Assembly: GCA_963716725.1 (NCBI GenBank)
Contig: CAVQUB010000009.1
Span: 192,001 to 256,000, forward strand
Direction: 5' to 3'
Length of the DNA: 64,000 nt
DNA from: an uncultured delta proteobacterium
GTDB lineage: Bacteria; Myxococcota_A; Polyangia; Polyangiales; Polyangiaceae
The stretch's first letter is position 1. The number at the start of each line of letters is the position of its first letter. This document shows, one piece after another, positions 29,146 to 39,566 of the stretch. Below the pieces are notes generated by a model. The model was not told where the DNA came from, did not search any database, and saw nothing but the letters and a program-made list of their open reading frames with translations. The position numbers and the translations under genes are program-made.

Positions 29146-29787
29146 ATGCAACCGCTCGAGTATCAGCGCCCATCGGAATCGGAAATGCGCGAGACCGCAG
29201 ACGCCTTCTTCGAGCGCATGCGCACCCGTCGCTCTGTGCGCAGCTTCAGCCCGGATCCCATCCCACTCGACGTGGTGCGCACGGCGATCCTGAGCGCTGC
29301 CCTCGCACCGTCGGGCGCCAACAAACAACCCTGGACCTTTGTGCTGGTCACCGATCCGGAGGTGAAGCGAAAGATCCGCGCCGCGGCGGAGGAAGAAGAG
29401 CGCGCGTTCTATGGCGGTCGCGCGCCCGAGCGCTGGCTGCGCGATCTCGAACCCCTCGGGACCAACGCGGACAAGCCCTTCCTCGAGGAAGCCCCGTGCC
29501 TAGTGGTCATCTTCGCCCAGCGTCACGGCGCGGGCGACGACGAGAAGCACTACTACGTGCAGGAGTCGGTGGGCATCGCCGCCGGCTTCTTGATCGCAGC
29601 GCTTCACCACGCGGGGCTCGCGACGCTCACCCACACCCCGAGCCCAATGGCGTTCTTGGCGGACATCCTGGGCCGACCCAAGCACGAGCGCCCGTACCTG
29701 CTCTTGCCCGTGGGCTATCCCGCCGCCGACTGCGAAGTCCCCGACATCACCCGCAAGACCGCCAGCGAGGTGCTCGTCGAGGTGTGA
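29146..29787 (+). CDS. Nitroreductase, iodotyrosine deiodinase-like
   Basis: [43 protein letters not shown]. Confidence 0.88.
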   Translation: MQPLEYQRPSESEMRETADAFFERMRTRRSVRSFSPDPIPLDVVRTAILSAALAPSGANKQPWTFVLVTDPEVKRKIRAAAEEEERAFYGGRAPERWLRDLEPLGTNADKPFLEEAPCLVVIFAQRHGAGDDEKHYYVQESVGIAAGFLIAALHHAGLATLTHTPSPMAFLADILGRPKHERPYLLLPVGYPAADCEVPDITRKTASEVLVEV

Positions 29788-29793
29788 CTCGGC

Positions 29794-30408
29794 TCAGTCC
29801 CGCGCCGCCAAGGCGCCCGCGACGAAGCGGCCGTCGTGCGACAAGCTCACGTCGAGGCCGGTGGGCACGCCGCCGTCGCACAAACGTGGCGGCTCGTAGC
29901 CGTCGTAGCTCGACGCCGAGGGGCGCCGCTCGATGCTGAGCGTCTCACCGGTGACGTGCAGCGCGGCGGCGGCCATCCGACACAAGAGATCTCTGCCGGC
30001 GGCGCTGGCGCGGGCGTGGGGCGGGAGCGACTCGACCTCGAAGCGAGGCGAGCTCGTTCCCAGGGTCGCCAGCGCGTGCACCCATCCCTCGCCGTGTTGC
30101 ACGCTGAGGCCAAGCTCCCGATCGTCGAAACGCGACGAGGCGAGATCGCCGGCGACCTCGATGCGGCGGTGGGCAAGCCCCGGCTCTTCGCCGATCTTCA
30201 CCAGCAGCTTGTAGGAGGCCTCCTTCGCGGCGAAGAGCGCCCAGAACAGCCGCTCAGGCTCCTCTGCAGCTTCGATGGCGCGCCGCTCGCTGGGCGTGCA
30301 GACCCGCTCGACGTAGCCCGGCCGCGCGAACGACGTGTGGTTGTCGGAGTCTCCGAGATCCACTACGTCGTTGCCGACCAACGCCACGCTCGAGCGCGGC
30401 TGATTCAT
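29794..30408 (-). CDS. 4'-phosphopantetheinyl transferase
   Basis: VGNDVVD, FAAKEASYK, SLSHDG; ATG 30408 overlaps the ACP stop. Confidence 0.88.
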   Translation of the reverse strand: MNQPRSSVALVGNDVVDLGDSDNHTSFARPGYVERVCTPSERRAIEAAEEPERLFWALFAAKEASYKLLVKIGEEPGLAHRRIEVAGDLASSRFDDRELGLSVQHGEGWVHALATLGTSSPRFEVESLPPHARASAAGRDLLCRMAAAALHVTGETLSIERRPSASSYDGYEPPRLCDGGVPTGLDVSLSHDGRFVAGALAARD

Positions 30409-30653
30409 GCCTGGCCCGCGAGAATCAGCTTCACCGCGTCGCCAATGGTCTTCACCTTGTCCGCGTCTTCGTCCTTCACCTCGATCTCGAAGGCGTCTTC
30501 GATCTCGAGCACGACGTCGACCAGGCGCGCGGAGTTGACCTTGAGATCCTTCAGGATCGAAGTCTCCATGCTGGCGGTCGCCAGCGCCTCGGGCGCCTTG
30601 GCAAAGGGCTTGATGATGGCCACGACCTTCTCGAACACTTCTTGCTCTGACAT
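30405..30653 (-). CDS. Acyl carrier protein
   Basis: 82 aa, acidic; DLKVNSARLVDVVLEIEDAF (NSA in place of DSL). Confidence 0.92.
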   Translation of the reverse strand: MSEQEVFEKVVAIIKPFAKAPEALATASMETSILKDLKVNSARLVDVVLEIEDAFEIEVKDEDADKVKTIGDAVKLILAGQA

Positions 30654-30674
30654 CGACGTTCTCCTTGGCTCCGC

Positions 30675-31953
30675 TCAGGCGGAGTACTTCTTGAAAATCA
30701 CGCAACCATTCACGTCGCCAAAGCCAAAGCTGGCCTTGGCGATGACACTGAGCTCGGGCACCTCGCGGGTCTGGTGCACCACGCTCGAAGCAAAGCGAGC
30801 GACCTCGGGGTGTAGATCCTCGCAGTTCAGCGAGCCGTGGACGAAGCCCCGAGCCAGCTGCAGCACGCTGGCGACGCACTCGATGCCGCCAGCGGCGCCG
30901 AGCGCGTGGCCGATCAGCGACTTGGTGGACTGGATGAGCGGCAGCTGCTCGGCAGACAGCTCCAGCGCTGCGCGCCAGTTCTCCACCTCGTGGGGATCGG
31001 CGAAGGTCGCCGTCAGGTGGCCGTTGATGAGACCGATTTCCGCGCGGCAGGATGCCGGCCATGGCGACTGCGCCGCGGATGCAGCGCTGCACGCTGTTCG
31101 GGTTCGGCGCCGTCATGCTGCCGCCCTGTCGGTGACCGCCGCAGTTGACGAAGCCGCCGAGCACCTCCGCGCAGATGCGCGCGCCGCGCGCGCGAGCGCT
31201 GTCGAGGCTCTCGAGCATCAAGACGCCCGAGCCCGAACCCGGGATGAAACCCGCCGCGCTGGCCGAGAGCGGCCGCGACGCCTGCGCCGGCGCGTCGTTC
31301 TTGCCGCGATTGAGCACCTTCATCGCGTCGAAGCCCGCCCAGATGTACTTCGAGTGACCTTCGGAGCCGCCGGCGAGCATGCGCTCGGCGCGGCCCTCGC
31401 GGATACGATGGAAGGCCTCGACGACCGCCTCGGTGCCGGTGTTGCACGCGCTGGAGTTGGTCGTGACCTGATTGCCGAGCCCGAGCAGACCGGCGACGCG
31501 CGCGCTGTTGCCGCTCGACATGATCTGCTCGACCATGGTGCTGCCGAGGCGCGCGACCTTGCCGGCGTCGGTCTTGGGCGCGAGCTTCTCGGCGATGGTG
31601 TCGATGCCGCCGATGCCGGTGCCGATCACGGCGCCGGTGTCCCAGTCGGGCTCGGCGTCGGGCGCGATGCGCGCCAGGCCCGCGTCGGTCCAGGCGTCGA
31701 TGGCCGCGATGGCCGCGTAGACCATGTTGGGATTCATGGCGTAGAGCTCCTCGTCCGACAGGTAGTTACCCTGGAGCTCGTCCACGCCCTGGGGAATGCC
31801 GCCCACCTGACAGCCGAACTTGAGCTCGGCCAAGCCGGGCACGACTCGGATGCCGCTCTCGCCTTGGCGCAGCGCGCGCTCAAAGGCCTCGAGGCCGTGT
31901 CCGTTGGGCGCCAGCACGCCCAGCCCAGTCACCACCACTCGACGTTCAGCCAC
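30675..31953 (-). CDS. Beta-ketoacyl-ACP synthase (FabF/FabB-like), split by a +1 frameshift near 31045
   Basis: RRVVVTGLG, SSACNTG (Cys); after the shift INGHLTAT, STKSLIGHALGAAG, SFGFGDVN; length 3n+1. Confidence 0.9.
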
Positions 31954-32402
31954 GCGGCACCCCCATTCCGGCGACTGTGCCCTTGGCCACCGCGTCCCCG
32001 TTGGCGAGAGTGAGCACCACGTTCGACTTGAGCTTCCTGCGACGCCAGAACACCTTCTCTGCCTCCACCCGCACCGTGTCGCCGGGTCTCACGATGCGCT
32101 CGAAGTCCACCTGACAATCGGTGAAGAGTGTCACCGTCTTGGCCACCTCGTCCTTGGGCAGCTCGAGGCCGAGCAGGTAGATGCCCAGGGCCACCAGGCC
32201 AGTCTGGCACATGGTCTCGATCAGGATCACGCCCGGTGTGACCGGATCGCCCGGGAAAGTGCCCGGTGTAGAAGCTCTCGTCGGCGCGGAAGGTGTACTC
32301 GCCCACCGCGCCGGAGTCGCCAAGCGACACCAAGCGATCGATGAAGCGGAACGGCCGCTGCTGGGGGATCAACGCCAGCACTTCATCTGCGCTGAGCGTC
32401 AC
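31946..32402 (-). CDS. FabZ-like 3-hydroxyacyl-ACP dehydratase, split by a +1 frameshift near 32251
   Basis: IPQQRPFRFID...GHFPG then DPVTPGVILIETMCQ in the next frame; length 3n+1. Confidence 0.88.
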
Positions 32403-32998
32403 GCTTGGCTCCGGTCCATGATGCCGCCCACGCTGTTGACCGAGCGCTCGGGGTAGTCCGGGTACGCGATGCCGAGGAACATGCCGACCTTGGCATCCTT
32501 CACCGTGTAGATCAGCTCGCCGTCCACCAGGACCTTCGCAGAGCCGATGGCCACCGCCGAGCCCGACTCCTTGAGCTGCGAGAAGCGCCGGATGTCGATC
32601 TCGTAACGCACGACCTTGTTGTAGGGCCGGATCTGTCCCGAGAACTCCACCTCTTTGCAGCCCAGCGCGCGACCCGAGCCGGGCGCACCCGCGGCCGAGA
32701 TGTACAGGCCCACGAGCTGCCAGACCGCGTCCACTCCGAGACAGCCGGGCTGCACCGGATCGCCGCGAAAGTGACAGTGGAAGAACCAGTCGTCGAAGTG
32801 GATGTCCTGCTCGCCGACGATGCGACCGCGGGGTCCGTTGCGCGTGATCTCGACCACGCGATCGACCATCAGCATGGGAGGCGCCGGAAGTCGGATGAAC
32901 TCTGCGGGCGGATCCTGCACCAGGTTGCCCTGGGAGATCCCGAGCAGATCTGCCTTGCTGAAGCTCTTACGTTCCAGGAATTCGGCGTACGAGATCAT
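32399..32998 (-). CDS. fabA: 3-hydroxyacyl-ACP dehydratase/isomerase FabA
   Basis: LPAPPMLMVDR, WFFHCHFRGDPVQPGCLGVDAVWQL, GRALG. Confidence 0.92.
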   Translation of the reverse strand: MISYAEFLERKSFSKADLLGISQGNLVQDPPAEFIRLPAPPMLMVDRVVEITRNGPRGRIVGEQDIHFDDWFFHCHFRGDPVQPGCLGVDAVWQLVGLYISAAGAPGSGRALGCKEVEFSGQIRPYNKVVRYEIDIRRFSQLKESGSAVAIGSAKVLVDGELIYTVKDAKVGMFLGIAYPDYPERSVNSVGGIMDRSQA

Positions 32999-33999
32999 CA
33001 CTGCTCCTCGATGTCGATGCGAAGACTCGCCCAGGTGAGCCCCGAGCCCACCACGGCCAGCACCACGGTGTGGCCCGCTTTGAGCTGGTCCCAGTGTTGA
33101 GACAGCACGATGGGGGCTCCCGCGGCGCCCGTGTTGCCGTACTGGATCACGTTGTGCCACTGCTCGTCCCAGCCGATCCCGGCGCGGCGCGCCACCGACT
33201 CGAGCACCAGCAGGTTGGCCTGGTGGCCGATGAAGTGCACGCGGCCACCGGTCTCCTTCACTCGAGCGCGAGCACCGGGCAGCAGATTCTCGAGGCAGGC
33301 CTGGGTGGTCTTGATGGCGAAGCGCTGCACGGCGCCGCCGTCCTGGGTGAAGTGACCGAAGCGAGGGATCACCACCGAGCCCGCGCCGGCGGGCGACGAG
33401 GCCAGCGTGCTCTCGACCACGCGAGCAGGCGCCGGCACCTCCGACGAGACGATGGCAGCGCTGGTGCCGTCACCCCAGAGCACGGCCGTGGCCCGATCCG
33501 CGTAGCTCACGGCGCGGGTGGTGTTCTCCGGGTTGACCACCAGCACGTAGCGCGGCAGGCCAGTCATCGACGCGAGCAGGTGCAACTGCGCGCCGAAGCT
33601 CGAACACGCCGAGTTGAGATCGAAGCCGGGCACCTCGATGCCGAGCGCCTGCGCGATGCGGCACGCCTCCGCTGGGATTTGCGCCTCGGGACAGCAACCG
33701 CCGGCCACGACCATGCCGATGTCGCTCGGCTGGAGCCCCGCGCGTTCGAGCGCGACCAGCGCCGCGCGCTTTCCGGTCTCGACGTTGGAGTAGAGCGCTG
33801 CCTCTTGGCCAGCCCGGAGATCCGCGTTCTTGGTCGCGCGGATGTAGTCGAGGGGCAGCACCGTTCGGCGCTCGCGGATCCCGACGCGCTCGAGGATCCA
33901 CTCGTCCGTCGTGCCGATCTCCAGCTCCTCGAGGAAGCGGTTGTCGACCACATTTTCCGGATGAAAATGCCCGAGCGCGTGGATGAAGAGCTTCGCCAA
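32998..33999 (-). CDS. Beta-ketoacyl-ACP synthase III (FabH-like)
   Basis: WILERVGIRERR, SACSSF, GHQAN, GNTGAA (C-H-N triad). Confidence 0.92.
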   Translation of the reverse strand: MAKLFIHALGHFHPENVVDNRFLEELEIGTTDEWILERVGIRERRTVLPLDYIRATKNADLRAGQEAALYSNVETGKRAALVALERAGLQPSDIGMVVAGGCCPEAQIPAEACRIAQALGIEVPGFDLNSACSSFGAQLHLLASMTGLPRYVLVVNPENTTRAVSYADRATAVLWGDGTSAAIVSSEVPAPARVVESTLASSPAGAGSVVIPRFGHFTQDGGAVQRFAIKTTQACLENLLPGARARVKETGGRVHFIGHQANLLVLESVARRAGIGWDEQWHNVIQYGNTGAAGAPIVLSQHWDQLKAGHTVVLAVVGSGLTWASLRIDIEEQ

Positions 34000-34002
34000 G
34001 TC

Positions 34003-34944
34003 TCACCCCGCGATGTGCTCGCCACCGTCGACTCGGATCAACGCGCCGTTCACCCAGCGGGCCTCGTCGGTGCAGAGCAGCGCGATGAAGTCCGCAACGT
34101 CCGCAGGCGTGGTGAGTCGACCGAGGGGGTTCTTGAGGCGGGCAGCGGCCTTCATCTGCCCGCTGCCGGGGATGAGCCGGAGCGCCGGCGTGTCCGTGAC
34201 GCCCGCCTGCACCACGTTGGAGCGAACGCCAAAGGGACCGAGCTCGAGCGCCAGAGATCGAGACACCGACTCGAGCGCCACCTTGGCCGCGCTGACCGCG
34301 GCGTAGCCCCGCCAGGCCACCTCGTTGCCCTCGCTGGTCATGCCGATCACGCGCGCGTCGGCGGCGAAGAGCTCGCGGGCGAAGACGTCTTCTGCCCACG
34401 TCGCCAGGCTCGTGCCCATGCTGTACACGGTCCGCTCGAAGTCCTCGTCTTCGAGTCGAGCATCGGGATCGTAGGCCGGTGGACTCGCGAGGTGCGCGAG
34501 GGCGTCGCCCGCCTCGCCGCTCTCGGAGATCGCATTGACCGCCTCGGTGAGCTTCGCCTCGTCCACGCCAAGCCGCGCCGCGAGCTCCGCGCGCGCGCGC
34601 GCAGCGGCCGTGCCGTGGCTCTCGGGCAGCGGCCCCACGAGCTTGAGGTTGCCGAAGGCGATGGAGTGCATCAGCAGTCGCACGCGGACGTTCTTGGCGA
34701 CGAGCTCGTCCAAGACCTTCGCGCGCCCGTCCGTGGAGAGCGCGTCGAGGTTGAAGGACACGAAGCCAACGCCCGTCGCGCGGATCGCTTCGAAACCGGT
34801 CTCGATGGCCGCCATGGCCCCGCGGCGATCGCGATGCACGACGCACACGTTCATGCCGTGGCGCGCGAGCTTCTGGGCCGTTGCCAGGCCAAACCCGCTG
34901 GATCCGCCCAGGATCAACGCCCAGTGCGCCGCTTCGAACTTCAC
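34003..34944 (-). CDS. SDR, enoyl-ACP reductase-like (FabI/FabL type)
   Basis: LGGSSGFG, YAAVSAAK (Y-x6-K), DGG; carries a helical insertion. Confidence 0.85.
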   Translation of the reverse strand: MKFEAAHWALILGGSSGFGLATAQKLARHGMNVCVVHRDRRGAMAAIETGFEAIRATGVGFVSFNLDALSTDGRAKVLDELVAKNVRVRLLMHSIAFGNLKLVGPLPESHGTAAARARAELAARLGVDEAKLTEAVNAISESGEAGDALAHLASPPAYDPDARLEDEDFERTVYSMGTSLATWAEDVFARELFAADARVIGMTSEGNEVAWRGYAAVSAAKVALESVSRSLALELGPFGVRSNVVQAGVTDTPALRLIPGSGQMKAAARLKNPLGRLTTPADVADFIALLCTDEARWVNGALIRVDGGEHIAG

Positions 34945-35867
34945 GAGACGAGCCCCTTCTGCGCGGTCTTCACGTTCATGATCGAGGTGATCTCGACACC
35001 GATGGTGGAGAAGAAGCGCTTCAGCGGGCGGTTCGGTCCGACCTCGACGACGCGAGGAGCCGAGGCCGTCAGCGCCCGCATGTTCGCAACCCAGTTCACG
35101 GTCCCGGAGATCTGACCGGTGAGCGCAGTCAACAGATCGTCGAGCACGCCGCTGTGATATCCGCCGCGCAGGTTGGAGGTGACCCGCGTGGAGCGAGCAG
35201 CGTCGAAGCCTGACGACACCGCCTCGAGCTCGCGACGGAACTCGGCTTCGATGCCGCGCATCAGTCGCGAGTGGAAGGGCGCGCTCACGTTCAAGCGAAT
35301 GACCTCGGCCTGCGCCAACTTCTCGGCGATCCGCGCGTCAGCTGCGTCAACACCGGCGACGGGGCCGGAGATCACGACCTGGTCGAGAGAGTTGAGGTTC
35401 GCGACATCGACGCCAAGGTCCGAGATCAAGTCGCTTAGACCCGCCTCTGAAACGCCCGGAGCAACGATGGCGCTCATGGCTCCCTCGCCCACGGGGACCG
35501 CCTGCTGCATCAGCGCGCCGCGCTTTCTCACGAGTCGAAGTGCGTCAGCGAAAGGAATGGCCCCCGCCGCGCACAGCGCCGTGTACTCGCCCAAGCTGTG
35601 ACCACCGAAGTGGGTCGGCGAGAGCCCGAACTCCGCGCCGAGCGCGCGCAGCATGGCGACCTCGGCGGTGACGATGGCGGGCTGGGTGAACTCCGTCAGG
35701 TCGAGGCGCGGGTCCTCCTCGAAGCACAATGCGGCAACGTCCAAGGACAGCGCCTCGCTGGCTTCGGCGAACGCCTCCCGCGCCGCCGGGAACTGCTCGT
35801 GGAAGTCCCGCGCCATGCCCACCCGCTGGGAGCCCTGACCGGGAAAGACGACTGCAATTTCGCCCAT
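34941..35867 (-). CDS. fabD: Malonyl-CoA:ACP transacylase
   Basis: FPGQGSQ, TQPA, GHSLGEY, SAPFHS. Confidence 0.93.
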   Translation of the reverse strand: MGEIAVVFPGQGSQRVGMARDFHEQFPAAREAFAEASEALSLDVAALCFEEDPRLDLTEFTQPAIVTAEVAMLRALGAEFGLSPTHFGGHSLGEYTALCAAGAIPFADALRLVRKRGALMQQAVPVGEGAMSAIVAPGVSEAGLSDLISDLGVDVANLNSLDQVVISGPVAGVDAADARIAEKLAQAEVIRLNVSAPFHSRLMRGIEAEFRRELEAVSSGFDAARSTRVTSNLRGGYHSGVLDDLLTALTGQISGTVNWVANMRALTASAPRVVEVGPNRPLKRFFSTIGVEITSIMNVKTAQKGLVS

Positions 35868-35956
35868 CTGCCCCGCGGCCTAGCACGGACCTGGCGAGTC
35901 CTTGCGTCATACTTTCGCAAGGATCGGCCGACGCGCTGCGTTGGCCGCGCCGGGGC

Positions 35957-36964
35957 TCAGGTCTCGACTCGATTACGCCCGTTGCGCTTGGCCCGATACA
36001 GGGCCTCGTCGGCCGCTGCCAGCATCTCGGCGGCGCTCCGACCGTCAGCGGCGTCGGCGACCCCGATGGAGATCGTCACGTTCGGCAGCAGCGTGCCGTC
36101 CTGCATTTCGAAGGGCGTGGACGCGATGGCGCAGCGCAGGCGCTCGGCCGCGACCCGGGCGCCCGGCCCGTCGGTCTTGGGCAGCACGGCCGTGAGCTCC
36201 TCACCGCCGTAGCGCGCCAGCAGATCCGTCGGGCGCAAGCGCTCGCGCATCAGCTGCGACACCCCAAAGAGCACGAAGTCTCCGGTAGCGTGGCCCCACT
36301 GGTCGTTGAAGCGCTTGAAGTGATCGATGTCGACCATGAGCACGCTCAGTGGCTCGCCCTGCATTTCGGCGCGACGCACCTGGCGCGGCAGCACGTCGTC
36401 GAGCCAGCGCCGGTTGTGCAGACCCGTCAAGGCGTCGATGGAGGCGTGACGTTTGTAGAGCTGCGTGAGCCTCCGACCTTGTGCGATGGTCCCGTTGCTG
36501 CCTCGTAGGCGCGTCGCGAGGATCTCGAGCAGATTGACTGCGACCTCGTGGGAGGAGCAGACCAGGGACCAGAACACCGAGGCGGGCAACTCGAGCACTC
36601 GACTGGGAGCCGAAGCTCCGACTCGCGCGCTGCGCGATCCGCCGCTGAGCAGCGAGAGCTCTCCCGCGACGGCGCCAGCTTCGAGCTCACACACGGGCTC
36701 CTCGTCATCGGACTCGAGATCCACCCGCAGGCGCCCGCTCAGCAGCAGGTAGACGCAGGTGGATTCGTCGCCGGGCTCGGTCAGCGCCTCGCCCTCCACC
36801 AGAGCCAGCACACGACACTCAGCGAAGAGGTCCAGCGCCCGGTCGAGGCTGAAGTCCCGAAGCAGCGCCGAGCGTTGCAGCTCTTCGCGCGTCGCTGGCG
36901 CACCAAGCCGCCGCCCGGAGGCCGCCGGTGAAGAAAAGGGCGCGAGCGACGACGACACCTGCAT
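35957..36964 (-). CDS. cNMP-binding domain + GGDEF diguanylate cyclase
   Basis: GELSLL...RSARV; DALTGLHNRR, DIDHFK.FND.WGH, RPTD I-site, RYGGEEL. Start uncertain. Confidence 0.92.
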   Translation of the reverse strand: MQVSSSLAPFSSPAASGRRLGAPATREELQRSALLRDFSLDRALDLFAECRVLALVEGEALTEPGDESTCVYLLLSGRLRVDLESDDEEPVCELEAGAVAGELSLLSGGSRSARVGASAPSRVLELPASVFWSLVCSSHEVAVNLLEILATRLRGSNGTIAQGRRLTQLYKRHASIDALTGLHNRRWLDDVLPRQVRRAEMQGEPLSVLMVDIDHFKRFNDQWGHATGDFVLFGVSQLMRERLRPTDLLARYGGEELTAVLPKTDGPGARVAAERLRCAIASTPFEMQDGTLLPNVTISIGVADAADGRSAAEMLAAADEALYRAKRNGRNRVET

Positions 36965-37131
36965 GCGAAGGAATACGGCCGCGAGCCGGGGAGCTTGAGC
37001 TGTGTGCCAATGTGTGCCTGGCACAGGGCGGACGGTTCTTCATGGCGCAGGGACATTCACCGATGGTTGGGCGGGTGGAGCCCGGCGCGGGTTGGCGCGG
37101 CTCGCGGCGGCCGGAGTAGCATCGGCCCGGT

Positions 37132-38094
37132 TTGACCCCTCCCGATCCCGTCGCCCTCTCCTTCGTGATCCCGTTCATGGACGAGGAGAAGACCCTGCGC
37201 GTGCTCTACGAGCGCATCTCCGAAGCGGTCGGGCCCATCCTCGCCGACGGCGACGAGTTCGAGGTGGTGTTCATCGACGACGGGAGCGTCGACGGATCGG
37301 TGACGGAGGTGGAGAGGCTCGTCAGCGAGCACTCGAACGTGCGTCTCGTCGAGCTCCAGGGCAATTTCGGCAAGAGCGCCGCGCTGGCTGCGGGCTTCGG
37401 CCTCGCGCGCGGGCGGGTGGTTTTCACCCTCGACGCCGATCTCCAAGACGATCCCAAGGAGATCCCGCGCTTCCTCGAGAAGTTGGACGAGGGCTTCGAT
37501 CTGGTGAGTGGCTTCAAACAAAAACGCAACGACCCCTTCACCAAGGTCGTCCCGTCGCGCGTGTTCAACTGGATGGTCCGTCGTGCGACCGGGATCCGCT
37601 TGCGCGACGTGAACTGTGGCTTCAAGGCCTACCGCCGCGTGGTGCTTCAGAACGTCCGCCTCTACGGCGACCTGCACCGCTTCGTGCCGGTGCTGGCCCA
37701 TTGGAAGCGGTTTCGAGTGGGAGAGATCGTGGTCGAGCATCACGCGCGCGTGCACGGCGTGAGCAAGTTCGGAGGTGGCCGCTTCTTCCGGGGGCTGATG
37801 GATCTCCTGACGGTGGTGTTCTTGATGAAGTACGAGCGCCGCCCCGCGCACTTCTTCGGCGGCATCGGGACGCTCGCCTTGCTCAGCGGACTCGGGATCT
37901 GCGTGTACTTGGCCGTGCTCAAAGCGATGGGCGAGTCCATCGGGCACCGCCCACTGCTGAACCTCGGCGTCCTGTTGGTCGTCGTCGGCGTGCAAATCCT
38001 CGCGACCGGGCTGATCGCCGAGTTGATGGTGCACACCCGGCCCGACAAACCCTTCGTGATCCGCAAGCGGTCGGGCTTCTCGGACGAGGGCTGA
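37132..38094 (+). CDS. GT2 polyprenol-phosphate glycosyltransferase (ArnC/GtrB-like)
   Basis: IDDGSVD, NFGKSAA, LDADLQDDP, C-terminal TM helices. Confidence 0.92.
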   Translation: MTPPDPVALSFVIPFMDEEKTLRVLYERISEAVGPILADGDEFEVVFIDDGSVDGSVTEVERLVSEHSNVRLVELQGNFGKSAALAAGFGLARGRVVFTLDADLQDDPKEIPRFLEKLDEGFDLVSGFKQKRNDPFTKVVPSRVFNWMVRRATGIRLRDVNCGFKAYRRVVLQNVRLYGDLHRFVPVLAHWKRFRVGEIVVEHHARVHGVSKFGGGRFFRGLMDLLTVVFLMKYERRPAHFFGGIGTLALLSGLGICVYLAVLKAMGESIGHRPLLNLGVLLVVVGVQILATGLIAELMVHTRPDKPFVIRKRSGFSDEG

Positions 38095-38101
38095 CCAAGG
38101 T

Positions 38102-39508
38102 TCACCAGGGAAACCACTCGCCCGGAACCGTCTGCCAAGCCGTCGGGCGCTTCGCGTCGTCTTCGGGCATCACCAGCGAGCCCACGAAGTCGGCGTGCTC
38201 GTAGACGCTGCCGATGTTCTTGCTGATGGCGTCGAGATCGGCGTCGCTCACCACGCCGTTGCTGGTGGCTTTGTAGAATTGCACGGTGACACGCACGGGA
38301 AAGCGCGCGTCGCGCTCCAGCTTCAACCCCGCGCCCTCGGTGAAGGGACCGCGTTTGATGCCGTGACCGATCACGGCGCGCTCGACGTCACTGGCGCGAC
38401 CGGCGCCCAAGCCCGGAGTTCCAACGCGGCCGCCGCCCTGACCAATGCCGGAAAGCCCGAGGCCGCCGGAGCCGTAGGCCTCGCCGATCCCGCTGCCCCA
38501 CGAGTACCCGTACGCTCCGCCCAACGCCCCCCGATGACGGTGCACCAACGGCACTTGGATCAAGAACATCACGTCCCCTCCCCGAGCGAGCGCGCTCTTC
38601 TCGTCGTCGTTCTTCGGACCGCCCTGGGCCTTGATGCGCGCCTCGACCTCGCTGCGGCGCTCCGCGCGAAACGCTGCGCGCTGCCCCCCTGCGTTGAAGT
38701 AGAGTTCCTGGCCGTAGCCGGCGACGCTGACCTCTTCCGCTTTGTTCTCGATGACCGAGACGCTGGTCCCCTGCCGACTGACGAGCAGCGTCAGTACCGC
38801 AGGCGACCCGGGCGCCGATTGATAGTTGAACACGACAGGATTGAACTCCGCGCTGCCTTGGGACGGGATCGGCAAGAAGACCGCCTGGGCCGCCACCAGA
38901 AAATGGGTGTCGCGCGCCGCCAAAAAGCTCCCGCTGCCCAGCACGCTGCCTGGCTTCGAGAGATAGCGACGTAAGTTGCGCAGCACGTCGGAGAGCGCCG
39001 CCGACTCCACCTTCCCGCTCGCTTTCTGGTTCCCCGTACGGACGAAGAGCCGGCTCTTCCGGATGTCCGCGGTGCGATCGCTGAAGTTCGGAAAGCGCAC
39101 CACGGGCATGACCGCGGTGCGTTCCGCGCGCCCGTCCCCGTCGCGATAGCGGACCTGCAACGTCACGTCGGAGATGTTGGGACCAAGGGCCGAACCCCAC
39201 GCGCGACCCGTGTCCTCCCAGGCCACGTTCACCAGGTCGAGCCCCCGCCGCTGAGCCCGAGCTCGAATGTTCGGGTCGTGCACCATGGTGACGACCTTCT
39301 TCACCACTTGCGCGTGCGAGGGCTCGGGAGGTGGCGCGGGCGGTGGCGCCGCCACGGTGGAGGTTGGCTGCGGCGTCGAGGGGAGAGCCGGCTGCGGTTG
39401 CGCTCGGACCTGCGCCGACGCAGGCGACGGCGACGGGCGGGGCGGAGCCTCGGCGCGGAGCGCGCACGCGGACACGCCCAAGGCCACCAGGGCCGAAATC
39501 CGTGACAT
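38102..39508 (-). CDS. Hypothetical lipoprotein
   Basis: VSAC lipobox, Pro-rich linker, long globular domain with a Gly-rich insert. Confidence 0.75.
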   Translation of the reverse strand: MSRISALVALGVSACALRAEAPPRPSPSPASAQVRAQPQPALPSTPQPTSTVAAPPPAPPPEPSHAQVVKKVVTMVHDPNIRARAQRRGLDLVNVAWEDTGRAWGSALGPNISDVTLQVRYRDGDGRAERTAVMPVVRFPNFSDRTADIRKSRLFVRTGNQKASGKVESAALSDVLRNLRRYLSKPGSVLGSGSFLAARDTHFLVAAQAVFLPIPSQGSAEFNPVVFNYQSAPGSPAVLTLLVSRQGTSVSVIENKAEEVSVAGYGQELYFNAGGQRAAFRAERRSEVEARIKAQGGPKNDDEKSALARGGDVMFLIQVPLVHRHRGALGGAYGYSWGSGIGEAYGSGGLGLSGIGQGGGRVGTPGLGAGRASDVERAVIGHGIKRGPFTEGAGLKLERDARFPVRVTVQFYKATSNGVVSDADLDAISKNIGSVYEHADFVGSLVMPEDDAKRPTAWQTVPGEWFPW

Positions 39509-39566
39509 GCCCGACTCAGACAACGGCAGGCCGAAAGAGTTTCCCGCGGCACGCGAGCGCCAGGGA

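Noticed and set aside
29794..31953. 719-aa KS-PPTase fusion in the ORF track
   Set aside because: It arises from the frameshift; the middle is off-frame sequence over the real KS C-terminus and ACP.
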